From: Pseudomonas phage PaBG
DNA: 64,000 nt
Reading direction: 5' to 3' (one strand)
Sequence record: KF147891.1
Notes under the pieces: generated by a model
Databases searched by the model: none
What the model was told of the DNA's origin: nothing
The model's input: the letters and a program-made list of their open reading frames with translations, nothing else
Shown here: positions 26,349-35,654 of the stretch, in pieces
Numbering within the stretch: position 1 is the first letter of the stretch
Layout: every line of letters begins with the position of its first letter
Translations under genes and position numbers: made by a program

Positions 26349-26933
26349 TTAGTCGTCCAGATCGTCGTCGTCTTCGTCGGCCTTTTTCTTCTTGCCCTTC
26401 TTGGACTTCTTGCCTTCGGCTTTCTCGGCCTTGGCTTTCTTGTCCTTCTTGGACTTCTTGCCTTCACCGCCGGCAGCGGCTTCGTCTTCGGCGCGAACTT
26501 CGATGCGAACATCGTCGCGTTGATACAGCTTCACAGTTTCACCGGAAGCGGTCTGGATGGTCATGATGCCACCCTTGTCTTCGACCAGGCGACCGACAAC
26601 TTCGCGGATGGCGACTTCGCGGAACACGGTCACAGCGGAGACTTCGCCGACGGCGCCGAACACTTCGACGACATCGCTACGGGAGAAGCGGCTGACCACA
26701 GTCTTCTGCGAAGCGCTGGTACGCTTGTGGCGCAGCATGACCGCGTCGGTGCCGTCTTGAACCAGGAAGCCACCGATTTCGACAGCTTGGCGAGCGAACA
26801 CGGTGAACGTGAACATCGCGGACTTGGCCTTGAAGCTGGTCTTGGCGCTGATGTTCTTCAGGCGCTTGGCGATCTTGTCGGTACGGGACAGGCGATTCGC
26901 GGTATTGCGCTTTTTCGTTTTGTCTTTTGCCAT
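26349..26933 (-). CDS. DNA-binding-like protein with tandem small beta-barrels and H1-like KAEKAEGKKSKK tail
   Basis: Start at MAKDKTKKRN with an AAGGTGAG Shine-Dalgarno. The C-terminus KKSKKDKKAKAEKAEGKKSKKGKKKKADEDDDDLDD is paralogous to the tail of 24996..25604. Confidence 0.6.
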   Translation of the reverse strand: MAKDKTKKRNTANRLSRTDKIAKRLKNISAKTSFKAKSAMFTFTVFARQAVEIGGFLVQDGTDAVMLRHKRTSASQKTVVSRFSRSDVVEVFGAVGEVSAVTVFREVAIREVVGRLVEDKGGIMTIQTASGETVKLYQRDDVRIEVRAEDEAAAGGEGKKSKKDKKAKAEKAEGKKSKKGKKKKADEDDDDLDD

Positions 26934-26941
26934 GGTGTGTA

Positions 26942-28012
26942 TCACTCACCTTCTTTTTCGAGAGAGAAAGCGACGAGGAAATCGCCGCCGTTAAACAGGG
27001 CATCAGCGTAGTCTTCACGCTCGAAGCCCGGGGCGCCTACGAACTCGCCACCTTCAACCGCGTTGCGGTAGCTGAGGATTTCGGCTTCCGGATCGTTGCT
27101 ACGAATCCAGTTGAACGCATCCAGCACCGATTGCTTCATCAGGTCCTGGCTGTAGAAGCCGACGTACACTGCGGACGGCATGCCCGCCTTGATGCCAGCC
27201 TGTTCGAGGTACTTGAAGTGGGTCTTCAAGGTCTTCTCGAACTTGTCCGACGCTTCACGCAGCAGCAGCGGGATGCGCAGGTGTACGATGAACTTCACAG
27301 TAACCGAAACGGTCTTGGTCTGCGCAGTCGGCTCGCCGGTCTGGTTGACCGACAGCAGCGGACGAACGCGGATGTACTCGTCCGCCGGCAGCATCACGGC
27401 ACCGTCTTCGCCAGCCAGTTCGATGTAGTGCTGACCGTCGGCGCTCGGGAAGTTCGCGTACAGGGTGCTCTGCGCAGCCTTCAGGTGTTCTTCGATCAGG
27501 TTCTCGACGACCAGGGCACCGGTGTCAGCAGTAACGACCAGACGTTCTTCGTTGGCCATCAGCTTGCTCAGCACGCCGACGAACTCGCGCAGCGGTTCAC
27601 GCAGGACGCCGATACGGCCGGAGCGTTCGTTGAGCTTGGAGAGCGACTGGATCAGGTTGAGCTTCTGGTCGTTGAACTCGAAGTTCGCGGTATCGATCAG
27701 CGCGTCCTGCACTTCGTCGTGGAACAGGTTGACCACGAAGTTCAGCTCGGGGTTGACGACCAGGCGCACGATGCCTTCGACACCTGCGGTTTCCTGCAGA
27801 ATCTGCGAGAAGCTGCGCGGCTGGTATTCGTCTTCGACGTCCACACCGTCGGCACCATCGACATCGGCCATTTCGACTTCTTCGATGTTGCGGGTCGGCT
27901 CGACCGCGATGCCGGCCGGGGCGCCACGTTCTTCTGCGGACGGTGCGGCTTCGCTGGCGAGTTGCTGGCTCTGACGCTCGGCATCGCCGATCAGGTTTTC
28001 TTGGTTACTCAT
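26942..28012 (-). CDS. hypothetical acidic protein
   Basis: 356 aa; ATGA coupling and an AAAGGAGAC Shine-Dalgarno. Confidence 0.55.
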   Translation of the reverse strand: MSNQENLIGDAERQSQQLASEAAPSAEERGAPAGIAVEPTRNIEEVEMADVDGADGVDVEDEYQPRSFSQILQETAGVEGIVRLVVNPELNFVVNLFHDEVQDALIDTANFEFNDQKLNLIQSLSKLNERSGRIGVLREPLREFVGVLSKLMANEERLVVTADTGALVVENLIEEHLKAAQSTLYANFPSADGQHYIELAGEDGAVMLPADEYIRVRPLLSVNQTGEPTAQTKTVSVTVKFIVHLRIPLLLREASDKFEKTLKTHFKYLEQAGIKAGMPSAVYVGFYSQDLMKQSVLDAFNWIRSNDPEAEILSYRNAVEGGEFVGAPGFEREDYADALFNGGDFLVAFSLEKEGE

Positions 28013-29388
28013 GGTTTGTCTCCTTTAGACTTCGTGTACGAGTAGCAACGCTTGATGTTCACACTTTCTGCGTATGGCCGAATGGTGAGTCCGGTCACGG
28101 TGTACTGATCATCGTAGGCTGCCTCGAACTTGGCAATGATATTATCGAGTGCAGATTTAGTAATCGCACCAGACGTATCTACCTCGTATCCGAGAATGTC
28201 AACCAACGGATGGCTCAGAGAGCGGAACCCAAGCGACTGCAAGTGAACCGCCGGCTTGATCCGCATCTGCGGACCCATGAGCTTGCCACGCTGGTACACA
28301 AACATACCGGTCGCAACAAACTGCAGGTAGTGCTCAGGCAGTGTCTTTACATACTCCGCCCGGGCCGCTTCGCGCTCTGCATTGCCGTTGGCGATTCGCG
28401 CCTCGAGCTTTGCTTTACGCTTTTCCAACTTACTGATCTTCTCGGCAAACTTTGGCTTCGCGCTGCGAGACGCATAAGATTCCAGCTTGCGAACTGTGGA
28501 TTGCAGCTCCTCCTTCATATCGGCGATAACAAAGGTGAAGTCATCGATACGGTTGCGGTCGACAGTAGCCATGTACTCGCGCAGCATATCGCTGACCGTT
28601 TTCGCATTCGGGAAGTGCTTGCGCAACTCCGAGCGCATTTTCTTCGGCACCGCCAAGGTGCCTTGAACCACGAACAGCTCGGCGCCGTGGCCGAATGGCG
28701 TGTAGTTCTGAATTACCTTGCGATAACCATTGTGCTGACCAAACTCCAGGGGAATGCCCAGGTGCCGTAGCTGGTCAAGCGTGTAGACAATCTTCTCGCC
28801 AATATGCAGGAAGGCCGCATACAGGTGAGCGTGCGTATTGCCTTCGACCTCGTATGCGCGATACACGAGGTTGATGCGAACACCGGAGAGCTTGGGTGTG
28901 ATGCACACGCCTTTTTCCAGCTTCTGGTCGGTGTACGCTTTCGGGCGGTTGCACTTGCGCAAAACTTCGTCGATGGTCTGTTCGATGGATTCCGGCCACA
29001 CCAAGCCGTCACGGGCACGCAACGCGCTTTCTCGGCGATCAGCCTTGAGTTGCTTGATCGCATCCTCGTAGGTCACGTTGTCGGCAGCATTCAAACCGGC
29101 AAACGCAGCCCATGCCTCGGCATGGGTTTGGCATTGCGGGAGACAGAAGCCAGAGTTGTACATCAGGCTTACGGTCGCCATGTCGGGCAAGTTGCCATTG
29201 ATGGCGCCCAGTACGATTTCGTCGAGCGCCTTAACGGTAAGGGCAGGCACTACGTCAATCTCCTCATCCGACAGGCGACCGTGCAGTACGAACCTGCAAT
29301 GGTAAAGCGTGTCGATGTTCGTGGAGCGTACCAGTCGATTGCGCTGGTACAGGTTGTTCAAAACTGCGTTCAGTGCGTCACTATTCAT
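28009..29388 (-). CDS. hypothetical protein; possible divergent ligase-like nucleotidyltransferase
   Basis: Start at MNSDALNAV with an AGGAGGTGG Shine-Dalgarno. TPKLSGVRINLVYRAYEVEG resembles the NAD-ligase motif I EPKLDGLAVSLRYENG, with Ser in place of the conserved Asp. Confidence 0.3.
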   Translation of the reverse strand: MNSDALNAVLNNLYQRNRLVRSTNIDTLYHCRFVLHGRLSDEEIDVVPALTVKALDEIVLGAINGNLPDMATVSLMYNSGFCLPQCQTHAEAWAAFAGLNAADNVTYEDAIKQLKADRRESALRARDGLVWPESIEQTIDEVLRKCNRPKAYTDQKLEKGVCITPKLSGVRINLVYRAYEVEGNTHAHLYAAFLHIGEKIVYTLDQLRHLGIPLEFGQHNGYRKVIQNYTPFGHGAELFVVQGTLAVPKKMRSELRKHFPNAKTVSDMLREYMATVDRNRIDDFTFVIADMKEELQSTVRKLESYASRSAKPKFAEKISKLEKRKAKLEARIANGNAEREAARAEYVKTLPEHYLQFVATGMFVYQRGKLMGPQMRIKPAVHLQSLGFRSLSHPLVDILGYEVDTSGAITKSALDNIIAKFEAAYDDQYTVTGLTIRPYAESVNIKRCYSYTKSKGDKP

Positions 29389-29408
29389 AACCACCTCCTG
29401 AGCGCAAT

Positions 29409-29753
29409 TCACACTTTATCCGGGTCTGGCAGAAGTTTGCTGACCGCGTCGGCGCCGTAGGCGTTGAGCACACTGGCGAGCGGGGAGCAGAACATACGCA
29501 CCAGCTCGATCTGGGTATCATCCAACTCGACATCGAGTTTGAGGATGAGCATGCCGTAAACTTCACTCAGCACGGACGGCACGACAACCAGATTGTCATT
29601 GGCCAGTACGGTATTTAGTTCGTGAATCTTGGCTACAACGTCCGGCTGAACAGCATGTTCGGGCGGAAACGGGTCGAGGCCAAGCATTTCGTGCGGAAGA
29701 ATGGCAAACGGCATTTCGTTATCTGCCATCACCATACGGATTTCTTCATTCAT
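29409..29753 (-). CDS. hypothetical protein
   Basis: 114 aa with a TAGAGG Shine-Dalgarno. Confidence 0.5.
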   Translation of the reverse strand: MNEEIRMVMADNEMPFAILPHEMLGLDPFPPEHAVQPDVVAKIHELNTVLANDNLVVVPSVLSEVYGMLILKLDVELDDTQIELVRMFCSPLASVLNAYGADAVSKLLPDPDKV

Positions 29754-30273
29754 CAGATAAGGCCTCTACGGATGCGTTTCGCATCGCAGCGAAAGTGGTA
29801 TGGTTGCCATTACTGACAGCCAGCACGAATTCCTTTACAGCATTCTGGTCGAACCCTCCGACCAGCGGAACGACGGCGTTCTTCTCCATCAAGAACCCAA
29901 ACCACAGGTCACGTTGGTAGGTTTCTTCGTGCTTGATCAGGAGTCCTAGCTCTTGATCGATCACTCGGTATAGCTGGTCAAGCTCGGCAGGGTCGCTTTT
30001 GACCAAGGTAGCGTGCCGAGTCCATTCGACCGTGTTGCCATTGTGCAGCAGCACGGACGCTTTGTTTGCATCGAGCGAATGGCGTAACAGCAACATGGTT
30101 TGCACCTGACCGCTGACAACAAAGCGGAGCAGTTCGATCTTGGCGCCATTGATAGTCACGGCAATCGACTCAACCGCACGATCCCACGTCGGATGTTCCG
30201 CTTCACGGTGCACCTTGATGCGGGTGTACGGCAGCTCGCTCAGTTCAAACAGACGTAGAATCTTGTCGTGCAT
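29746..30273 (-). CDS. hypothetical protein
   Basis: 175 aa with a GAGAGGTTG Shine-Dalgarno. Confidence 0.55.
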   Translation of the reverse strand: MHDKILRLFELSELPYTRIKVHREAEHPTWDRAVESIAVTINGAKIELLRFVVSGQVQTMLLLRHSLDANKASVLLHNGNTVEWTRHATLVKSDPAELDQLYRVIDQELGLLIKHEETYQRDLWFGFLMEKNAVVPLVGGFDQNAVKEFVLAVSNGNHTTFAAMRNASVEALSDE

Positions 30274-30327
30274 AACAACCTCTCGGGTGAGAGCAGGGTG
30301 AGCGAACTACGCCCACCCTGCTGCGGC

Positions 30328-31650
30328 TTACTCGGCCTCGACTTCTTCCATGCGGGCGACGTCGGCGATGGACTTGCTGCGGAACTTCAGGCTGTCCAGG
30401 TTGAGCAGCTTGACAGTTTCGTCGGCTTCGTCGTAACCAACCAGCAGGAACTCATGCTTATCTTCCTTGCCCTTGAGTACGGTCTGGCCGGGCACCATGT
30501 CGTCACCGAACTTGTCCTCGATTTCATCGCTGGCGAGATACGCCTCGACAAAACCGCGAACTTTGCCTTCGCTCAGGTTCGGAGCACGCTCGCGGATGGC
30601 GTTGACCATGTCTTCGACGCTGACGGCGTCTTCGGACTCATCTTCTTCCTCCTCGTCGTCCTCGTCCTCGTCTTCGGACTCATCGTCCTCGTCGTCTTCC
30701 AGCTCACCATCGTCATCGCCGACTTCATCTTCGTCCTCGTCGCCAGCCTCCAGTTCGACGCCAGCCTCATCTGCGGCTTCGCGGATGGCGTCATCGTCGT
30801 TGTCGTCGTCTTCGCGGATGAGGGCGATAACCGCCTCGGCGTCCATCGACTTCTTGGTGGTCAGGCCGAGCTTGCGCGCGATCTTCTTGAGGTCGGCCAC
30901 GTCGAGGTCGCCGAGAAGTTCGTCTTCCAGGCCTTCATCGTCCTCGTCGTCATCGTCCAGACCTTCATCGTCCAGGCTGTCGTCGTCCTCGTCGTCATCA
31001 GGTGCGACGTCGGTGGCTTCGCGGTGTTCGCGGATGTACGCCTTGATTTCCTTGTCGGACTTGCTGCCCGGCATCAGGGTGATGGTGACACGGAGCGCGT
31101 TCTCGTTGAACTGCGCACCTACAGCGACCGGTACCACGTCGTACACGCCGCTGGCCGACAGTGCATTGCCAAGCAGTGCAAACGCATCGTTGCTGATCGC
31201 TTCGGCGTTACGCTGATCGAACGCTTCGACCAGTTTCTTCTTGGCAGCCTTCGGCTTGGACTTCGGCGCTTCGGGCTCGTCTTTCTGCTTGGAGGTACGC
31301 GCACGCTTGCCAGCAGGTGCACCTTCTGCCTCGGCTGCTTCGCGCTTCAAGCGACGGCGACGCTGGCGTGCGGTTTCACCGGCGGGTGCATCGTCATCGT
31401 CTTTCACCTTACGGTTGCGGGCGCGAGCCGGCTTGGTCGGCTCTTCCTTGGCGGCTTTCTTGCCTTTCTTCGGAGTGTCGAAGAAGAAGCCGGGGCCGCG
31501 CTTGTAGATGCCGTCGATGTGGACGCGAGTGCCGTCCTCGGTGATAGCTTCGCCAGTCTTCACCACGATCTTCTCGACGCGGTGACGCTCACCGTCGATG
31601 GTGATGCGCTTGCCTTGCATGCCTTTCAGGTCGTCTTTAGTGATAGCCAT
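30328..31650 (-). CDS. charged low-complexity nucleic-acid-binding-like protein (KOW-like N-terminus, K/R block, SAP/Rho-N-like motif, long acidic region)
   Basis: Start at MAITKDDLKGMQGK with a TGAGGAC Shine-Dalgarno. It contains DLKKIARKLGLTTKK, which is SAP/Rho-N-like, and more than 150 residues of D/E-rich sequence. Confidence 0.5.
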   Translation of the reverse strand: MAITKDDLKGMQGKRITIDGERHRVEKIVVKTGEAITEDGTRVHIDGIYKRGPGFFFDTPKKGKKAAKEEPTKPARARNRKVKDDDDAPAGETARQRRRRLKREAAEAEGAPAGKRARTSKQKDEPEAPKSKPKAAKKKLVEAFDQRNAEAISNDAFALLGNALSASGVYDVVPVAVGAQFNENALRVTITLMPGSKSDKEIKAYIREHREATDVAPDDDEDDDSLDDEGLDDDDEDDEGLEDELLGDLDVADLKKIARKLGLTTKKSMDAEAVIALIREDDDNDDDAIREAADEAGVELEAGDEDEDEVGDDDGELEDDEDDESEDEDEDDEEEEDESEDAVSVEDMVNAIRERAPNLSEGKVRGFVEAYLASDEIEDKFGDDMVPGQTVLKGKEDKHEFLLVGYDEADETVKLLNLDSLKFRSKSIADVARMEEVEAE

Positions 31651-31723
31651 GTTCTGAGTCCTCATTAACCTAAACTAAGTTTGTAACCGTAATGCTGGAT
31701 GCAGCGTGTCGAACACGCAACCA

Positions 31724-32614
31724 TCATAGCATACGATCAGGGTTCGACGCAATGGCCACTTGCTCAAACAGCAGCGAGCTAAGCTCCGGTAGCGTCTTCT
31801 GGGTGTTGATGAGAGTGTGGGTGATTGCCTCAGCCACGTTCTTGGGCATTTTCGCGTTCTGGCCAGCGACGGTGTTAGCGTACTCGACGAATTTCTGCCA
31901 AAACTCGCCGACAACGGCCTGTACATTTCCTCGGGAAAGCGCGGCATTGGATTTCTGCACTTCCACCACAGGATGGCTGCTATGGCGAAACGGCTTCCGA
32001 ATATGGAGGGTCGTCTCGCCGCGCAACACATGCTCACGCACCTTGTCGAAAGTCTGCGCAGGCAGTTGAAGAATCGCACAACGCGGTTGATCCCCTGCCA
32101 AGTAGACGATCGGCATACCTACGGCAGCGTGCTTGTTGTCCTGTACGGACAACGCATCCTCAGCACTCCCATTTATCAGAATGGGAGGCAGGCGGAAGGC
32201 ACGACGCTCAATGCCGTGAAGCCAGATGGTATTTTTCAACACCACCGTATTTGCACCGAGGCCCAGAGCGAACAGCGGTGCAAATTGTTTGACATCGGAG
32301 TAGGCAGCCTTGTTGTCCGCGTAAAACGGCGGGTCACGCAGGAAGCTCGGGATCACATGATCCACTCCGTTGCCGATTGTTTGGATTGTGAAGTAACCGC
32401 GCTCGTCCAGAACGAGGTTCTTTGCCCGAGACATCAAGGCATACGCAAACACCAAGCTTCCGCTTATGCCTGCCATGATGTACAGAGCCTCGACTATGAT
32501 TGCCAACTCGCTGAACGTCAAACGGCGACGTTCCTCGAACGAATCGATCTGCTTGTTGGCGTAAACAATCGCCGGGGTTATTTCGTGGTCACGCTTTATG
32601 CGCTGGGCATTCAT
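31724..32614 (-). CDS. hypothetical membrane-associated protein
   Basis: 296 aa with a CAGGTGAATC Shine-Dalgarno and a hydrophobic segment (LAIIVEALYIMAGISGSLVFAYALM). Confidence 0.5.
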   Translation of the reverse strand: MNAQRIKRDHEITPAIVYANKQIDSFEERRRLTFSELAIIVEALYIMAGISGSLVFAYALMSRAKNLVLDERGYFTIQTIGNGVDHVIPSFLRDPPFYADNKAAYSDVKQFAPLFALGLGANTVVLKNTIWLHGIERRAFRLPPILINGSAEDALSVQDNKHAAVGMPIVYLAGDQPRCAILQLPAQTFDKVREHVLRGETTLHIRKPFRHSSHPVVEVQKSNAALSRGNVQAVVGEFWQKFVEYANTVAGQNAKMPKNVAEAITHTLINTQKTLPELSSLLFEQVAIASNPDRML

Positions 32615-32625
32615 AGATTCACCTG

Positions 32626-32997
32626 TTAGGTTTTTCGCCCTAACTCAGAAGGGTCCGTCCCCTCAGTTATCAGCATGTAAGGACCCTTGTTGTAAGCGGG
32701 CGCTAGCATTTTCCGTTTACGTTCCTTTTCCTTCTGCGCCAAGGCTTCGCGGCGCACCATTTCTGGATCGTCCAACTGGACGCATTTACTCGGTTTGGTT
32801 TTCCTGGCAGCTTGCGCCGACGGAATAGTTCGAGCTTTGACTGGGTCGTCGTACTCGTATGTTGGTATTTTGTTTACGGAGATTTCCTTGTCACTCGGCT
32901 TGTCGCGCTTACGCAGCGCTTTCGCCAGCTTCGCCTGTTCCTGCTCCTCACGGAGTCGTTTGGCTTTCGCTTGTGCTTTGGTCAGTCTCTTGGTCAT
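32626..32997 (-). CDS. hypothetical basic protein
   Basis: Start at MTKRLTKAQAKAK. K/R/E-rich. It overlaps the end of the secreted-protein gene by about 50 nt, so one of the two boundaries is uncertain. Confidence 0.35.
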   Translation of the reverse strand: MTKRLTKAQAKAKRLREEQEQAKLAKALRKRDKPSDKEISVNKIPTYEYDDPVKARTIPSAQAARKTKPSKCVQLDDPEMVRREALAQKEKERKRKMLAPAYNKGPYMLITEGTDPSELGRKT

Positions 32998-33310
32998 GCC
33001 CTGTCTCAGCCATGATGGTAGAAAAACACGACGGTGCAAAGCCGCCGCATTGTTTACGCAACGACTCCTTCTGCTTATGGCTAATAGCGATGATGTCGTG
33101 TGCGTGCTCCAGGTACGTCGCAACATTTGGCGAGTTGTCTGCGATGAAGCCCCAGAGCTTCCCGTGCTCTACTACAGCTTCCGCTGGAGCGGGAAGATCG
33201 TTGACCAGCACCAGTTTTGCCATGGTGTCGGTCGGAATGCTCAGGTAATACTGGTCGGCGAGAGCAGGCTGTGCTGAAACAATCGCCAGTGCAATAATCA
33301 GATTGCGCAT
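32948..33310 (-). CDS. secreted/periplasmic protein with cleavable signal peptide
   Basis: N-terminus MRNLIIALAIVSAQPALA followed by DQYY is a classic Sec signal peptide; 120 aa. Confidence 0.5.
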   Translation of the reverse strand: MRNLIIALAIVSAQPALADQYYLSIPTDTMAKLVLVNDLPAPAEAVVEHGKLWGFIADNSPNVATYLEHAHDIIAISHKQKESLRKQCGGFAPSCFSTIMAETGHDQETDQSTSESQTTP

Positions 33311-33375
33311 GTTCGAGTCCTTGAAACGATGAGTGGACCTCTCGGTCCACTCGGTTGAGCCTTTCGGCCGCTAAC

Positions 33376-33588
33376 TTAGCCCCACGTGGTGCGTCGTCCG
33401 GAACTGCCCAGTTGGGTCAGTTTGTCGTTCATGACGACGCGGTTCGCATTACGAGGTGCCTTCTTTACCTTGGACGAAGTACCTTGAGGTACCTGCCCGG
33501 TAGTTTGTCGAATGTGCCTCTCAAGGAGAAGAATCTCCCGTTGAAGTTCATCGAGCGTTGGGTCCGCCACAAACTCATCGGCACTCAT
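33376..33588 (-). CDS. small hypothetical protein
   Basis: 70 aa with a GGGGAGACG Shine-Dalgarno. Confidence 0.45.
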   Translation of the reverse strand: MSADEFVADPTLDELQREILLLERHIRQTTGQVPQGTSSKVKKAPRNANRVVMNDKLTQLGSSGRRTTWG

Positions 33589-33645
33589 ATCGTCTCCCCA
33601 TGACGGTTGTGGAGAGGCGAGCCTTAACCCGCCTCTCGTGGCGGA

Positions 33646-34071
33646 TTAGTTTGCAGCTTGCTTCGACGCGGCCTTGGCTGCCGGCTTGGCAGTTGGCTTG
33701 GTGGCTTTGGCCGGCAGCGGCTTGGCCACGGTCTTCTTGCCGACGCTCGGCTTGGCTGCCGGCTTGGTGGCTTTAGCCGGCAGCGGCTTGGCTACTTTCT
33801 TGGCTTCGGGCTTGGCAGCCGGCTTGACTGCCGGAACCTTCTTCACCGGCTTGGCAGCCACGGTGTTCGCGGCCTTGGTGGCAGCTTGTGCCTTGGTCAG
33901 CACGGCTTGCACGCCGTTGATGGCCTTGTCGAGTTCGTGCTGGGCGGCAACCAGTTTCTTCTCCAGTGCCGCCACGTTCTTCACGGCGCGAGTGTAGTTG
34001 CGACCGGCGGCGTCCAGTTCTTTGCGGACAGCTTTCGCGGAGGTCAGAGCTTGTTCGATTTTCTGAGTCAT
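33646..34071 (-). CDS. histone H1 / AlgP-like protein (coiled-coil + AKPxx repeats)
   Basis: Start at MTQKIEQALTSAKAV with an AAAGGAAC Shine-Dalgarno. The C-terminus has repeated KPAAKP / KPLPAKATKP units. Confidence 0.55.
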   Translation of the reverse strand: MTQKIEQALTSAKAVRKELDAAGRNYTRAVKNVAALEKKLVAAQHELDKAINGVQAVLTKAQAATKAANTVAAKPVKKVPAVKPAAKPEAKKVAKPLPAKATKPAAKPSVGKKTVAKPLPAKATKPTAKPAAKAASKQAAN

Positions 34072-34150
34072 GTTCGATGTTCCTTTATGTTGGTATTCAA
34101 ACTGTGCGCCACATGCACACATCGAGTGGCACCCGAAGATGCCACTGAAT

Positions 34151-34375
34151 CTATGCAGGCTGGGCAATCGTGTCCGCTGCGGCGAGAACCGCGTCTACAA
34201 ACTTTTTGCGTGCCCGTTGTTCAAGCAGGTTTCTCTTGGCGTGGGTGGTGTCCAACTTCTGGAGTTCCTCCAACTTCACCAGTTGTGCCCAAAGAAACGT
34301 GGCTTGTATAGGTCCGAGTTGGCATCGCACACTTCCGTTGGTGCTATCGAACGTCACTGTTACATGCTGCGTCAT
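34151..34375 (-). CDS. small hypothetical early protein
   Basis: Start at MTQHVTVTFD after the conserved leader GGTTACGGACTTAGTTGAGGTTAAG of repeat copy A. It lies directly downstream of the early promoter. Confidence 0.5.
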   Translation of the reverse strand: MTQHVTVTFDSTNGSVRCQLGPIQATFLWAQLVKLEELQKLDTTHAKRNLLEQRARKKFVDAVLAAADTIAQPA

Positions 34376-34500
34376 CTTAACCTCAACTAAGTCCGTAACC
34401 ACTATCGCTACAGCACATGCTGCTAACGTGATGTCATTATAGCATACCGGCGGTACCCACGTGAAGGCGTTTAGTGGTTATGTTTTTAGCTCAGGTATTT
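34376..34500 (-). repeat. early promoter cassette, copy A (sigma-70-like TTCACG-N18-TGcTATAAT plus conserved leader)
   Basis: -10 TATAAT at 34441..34436, -35 at 34465..34460. It shares conserved blocks with 38078..38200 and 44775..44910: TAACCTCANCTAAGTCCNTAACCA, ACCGGCGG and GGTTATGTTTNTAGCNCAGGTA. Confidence 0.55.
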
Positions 34501-35367
34501 GACGTACCGACTTACGGTGCTGCGAATCGCGTTGGCTTCTAATGCTTTACAGATGAAGTGGATCATCTTGGTATCTGGTTTCCCAGGCACCAGCTTCGAC
34601 AACTTGATCGGCATGATGTCTCGATGAATCGTAACCAGACGCCGGATGAGGCGGAACCGTTCGCGTGCTGCCTCGAAGTTTGCGCGTTGGGTCTTGTTGA
34701 GCACTGAGAGGTCAGCGTCCTCGATACGCTTCGACGTAGCCACGAGTTTGACGATAGCCGCAGGGCCGATTGCTTCGACGCCTGGAATGTTGTCCACCTT
34801 GTCACCTTGCATCATCAACATGCACGGGATGCGGCTTGGCTTAACCAGATAGTGCTCAGCGCAATTCTTGCGCGTGATTTCCAGGTAGTCTTTAGTGTCC
34901 TGCTGGTATTTCAGCAGAGTCACCTTGCCCTTGTCGAGAAGCTGGGCCATGTCCTTGTCGTTGCTGACAATCTCGACCTCCATGTCAGCTTCAACACCCA
35001 GGCGAGTCAACGTGCCGATGATGTCATCCGCCTCGACGCCAGCTTTGTGTACCACCTTGATCCCCATTGCGGTCAGCAGATCATACATGGGCTTGCGCTG
35101 CGGTATCAGGCGAGCTTGCTGCTCAGGGTCTTTCTCTCGATTGCCCTTGTATGCCTTGAATATCTTGTGGCGGTGCGTCGGTGCTTTGCGGTCCATGACG
35201 AACGCAATGTGCGTTGGTTGGCGAGCCAACACGACACTCACCACGATGTTGACGACGCCTTTGATTGCGTTGGTGTGGAACCCTTTCGAGGTCACCAGCT
35301 GAGGTACGGCAAAGAAGGCACGCATCAACACGTTCGAGCCGTCGAAGATCAGGAGCTTCTGTTTCAT
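34486..35367 (-). CDS. 5'-3' exonuclease / flap endonuclease (FEN, T4 RNase H / Pol I 5'-exo family)
   Basis: LLIFDGSNVLMRAFF, AFVMDRKAPTHRHKIFKAYKGNRE, GVEADDIIGTL and IVSNDKDMAQL match the FEN motifs. ATGA coupling with the upstream gene. Confidence 0.8.
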   Translation of the reverse strand: MKQKLLIFDGSNVLMRAFFAVPQLVTSKGFHTNAIKGVVNIVVSVVLARQPTHIAFVMDRKAPTHRHKIFKAYKGNREKDPEQQARLIPQRKPMYDLLTAMGIKVVHKAGVEADDIIGTLTRLGVEADMEVEIVSNDKDMAQLLDKGKVTLLKYQQDTKDYLEITRKNCAEHYLVKPSRIPCMLMMQGDKVDNIPGVEAIGPAAIVKLVATSKRIEDADLSVLNKTQRANFEAARERFRLIRRLVTIHRDIMPIKLSKLVPGKPDTKMIHFICKALEANAIRSTVSRYVKYLS

Positions 35368-35654
35368 TGGATGGTGTACCACTTTGGTATGTACATGCGC
35401 CGACGTGCGTTCGCCTCAATCAGGAAGAAGTCTCCGTCATCGGAGAGCACTTCTATCTCACCGAGAAAAGCTGGAACGCACCGTTGGGATAGGCGGATGT
35501 TGCGGATGGTGTTGTTGTCGCTCTCAGCGATTGCGCGTGCATACTCCACCCAATGCTCAGGTGTTTTGCACGCGAATCCCTCGACAGTGATCACCACTGG
35601 CTGCGGTGGTTGAATTACGACAACCATCAACAGCGCAACCAGAAAGAGTCTCAC
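35364..35654 (-). CDS. small membrane-anchored protein
   Basis: N-terminal transmembrane segment MRLFLVALLMVVVIQ; 96 aa. ATGA-coupled at both ends. Confidence 0.5.
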   Translation of the reverse strand: MRLFLVALLMVVVIQPPQPVVITVEGFACKTPEHWVEYARAIAESDNNTIRNIRLSQRCVPAFLGEIEVLSDDGDFFLIEANARRRMYIPKWYTIQ

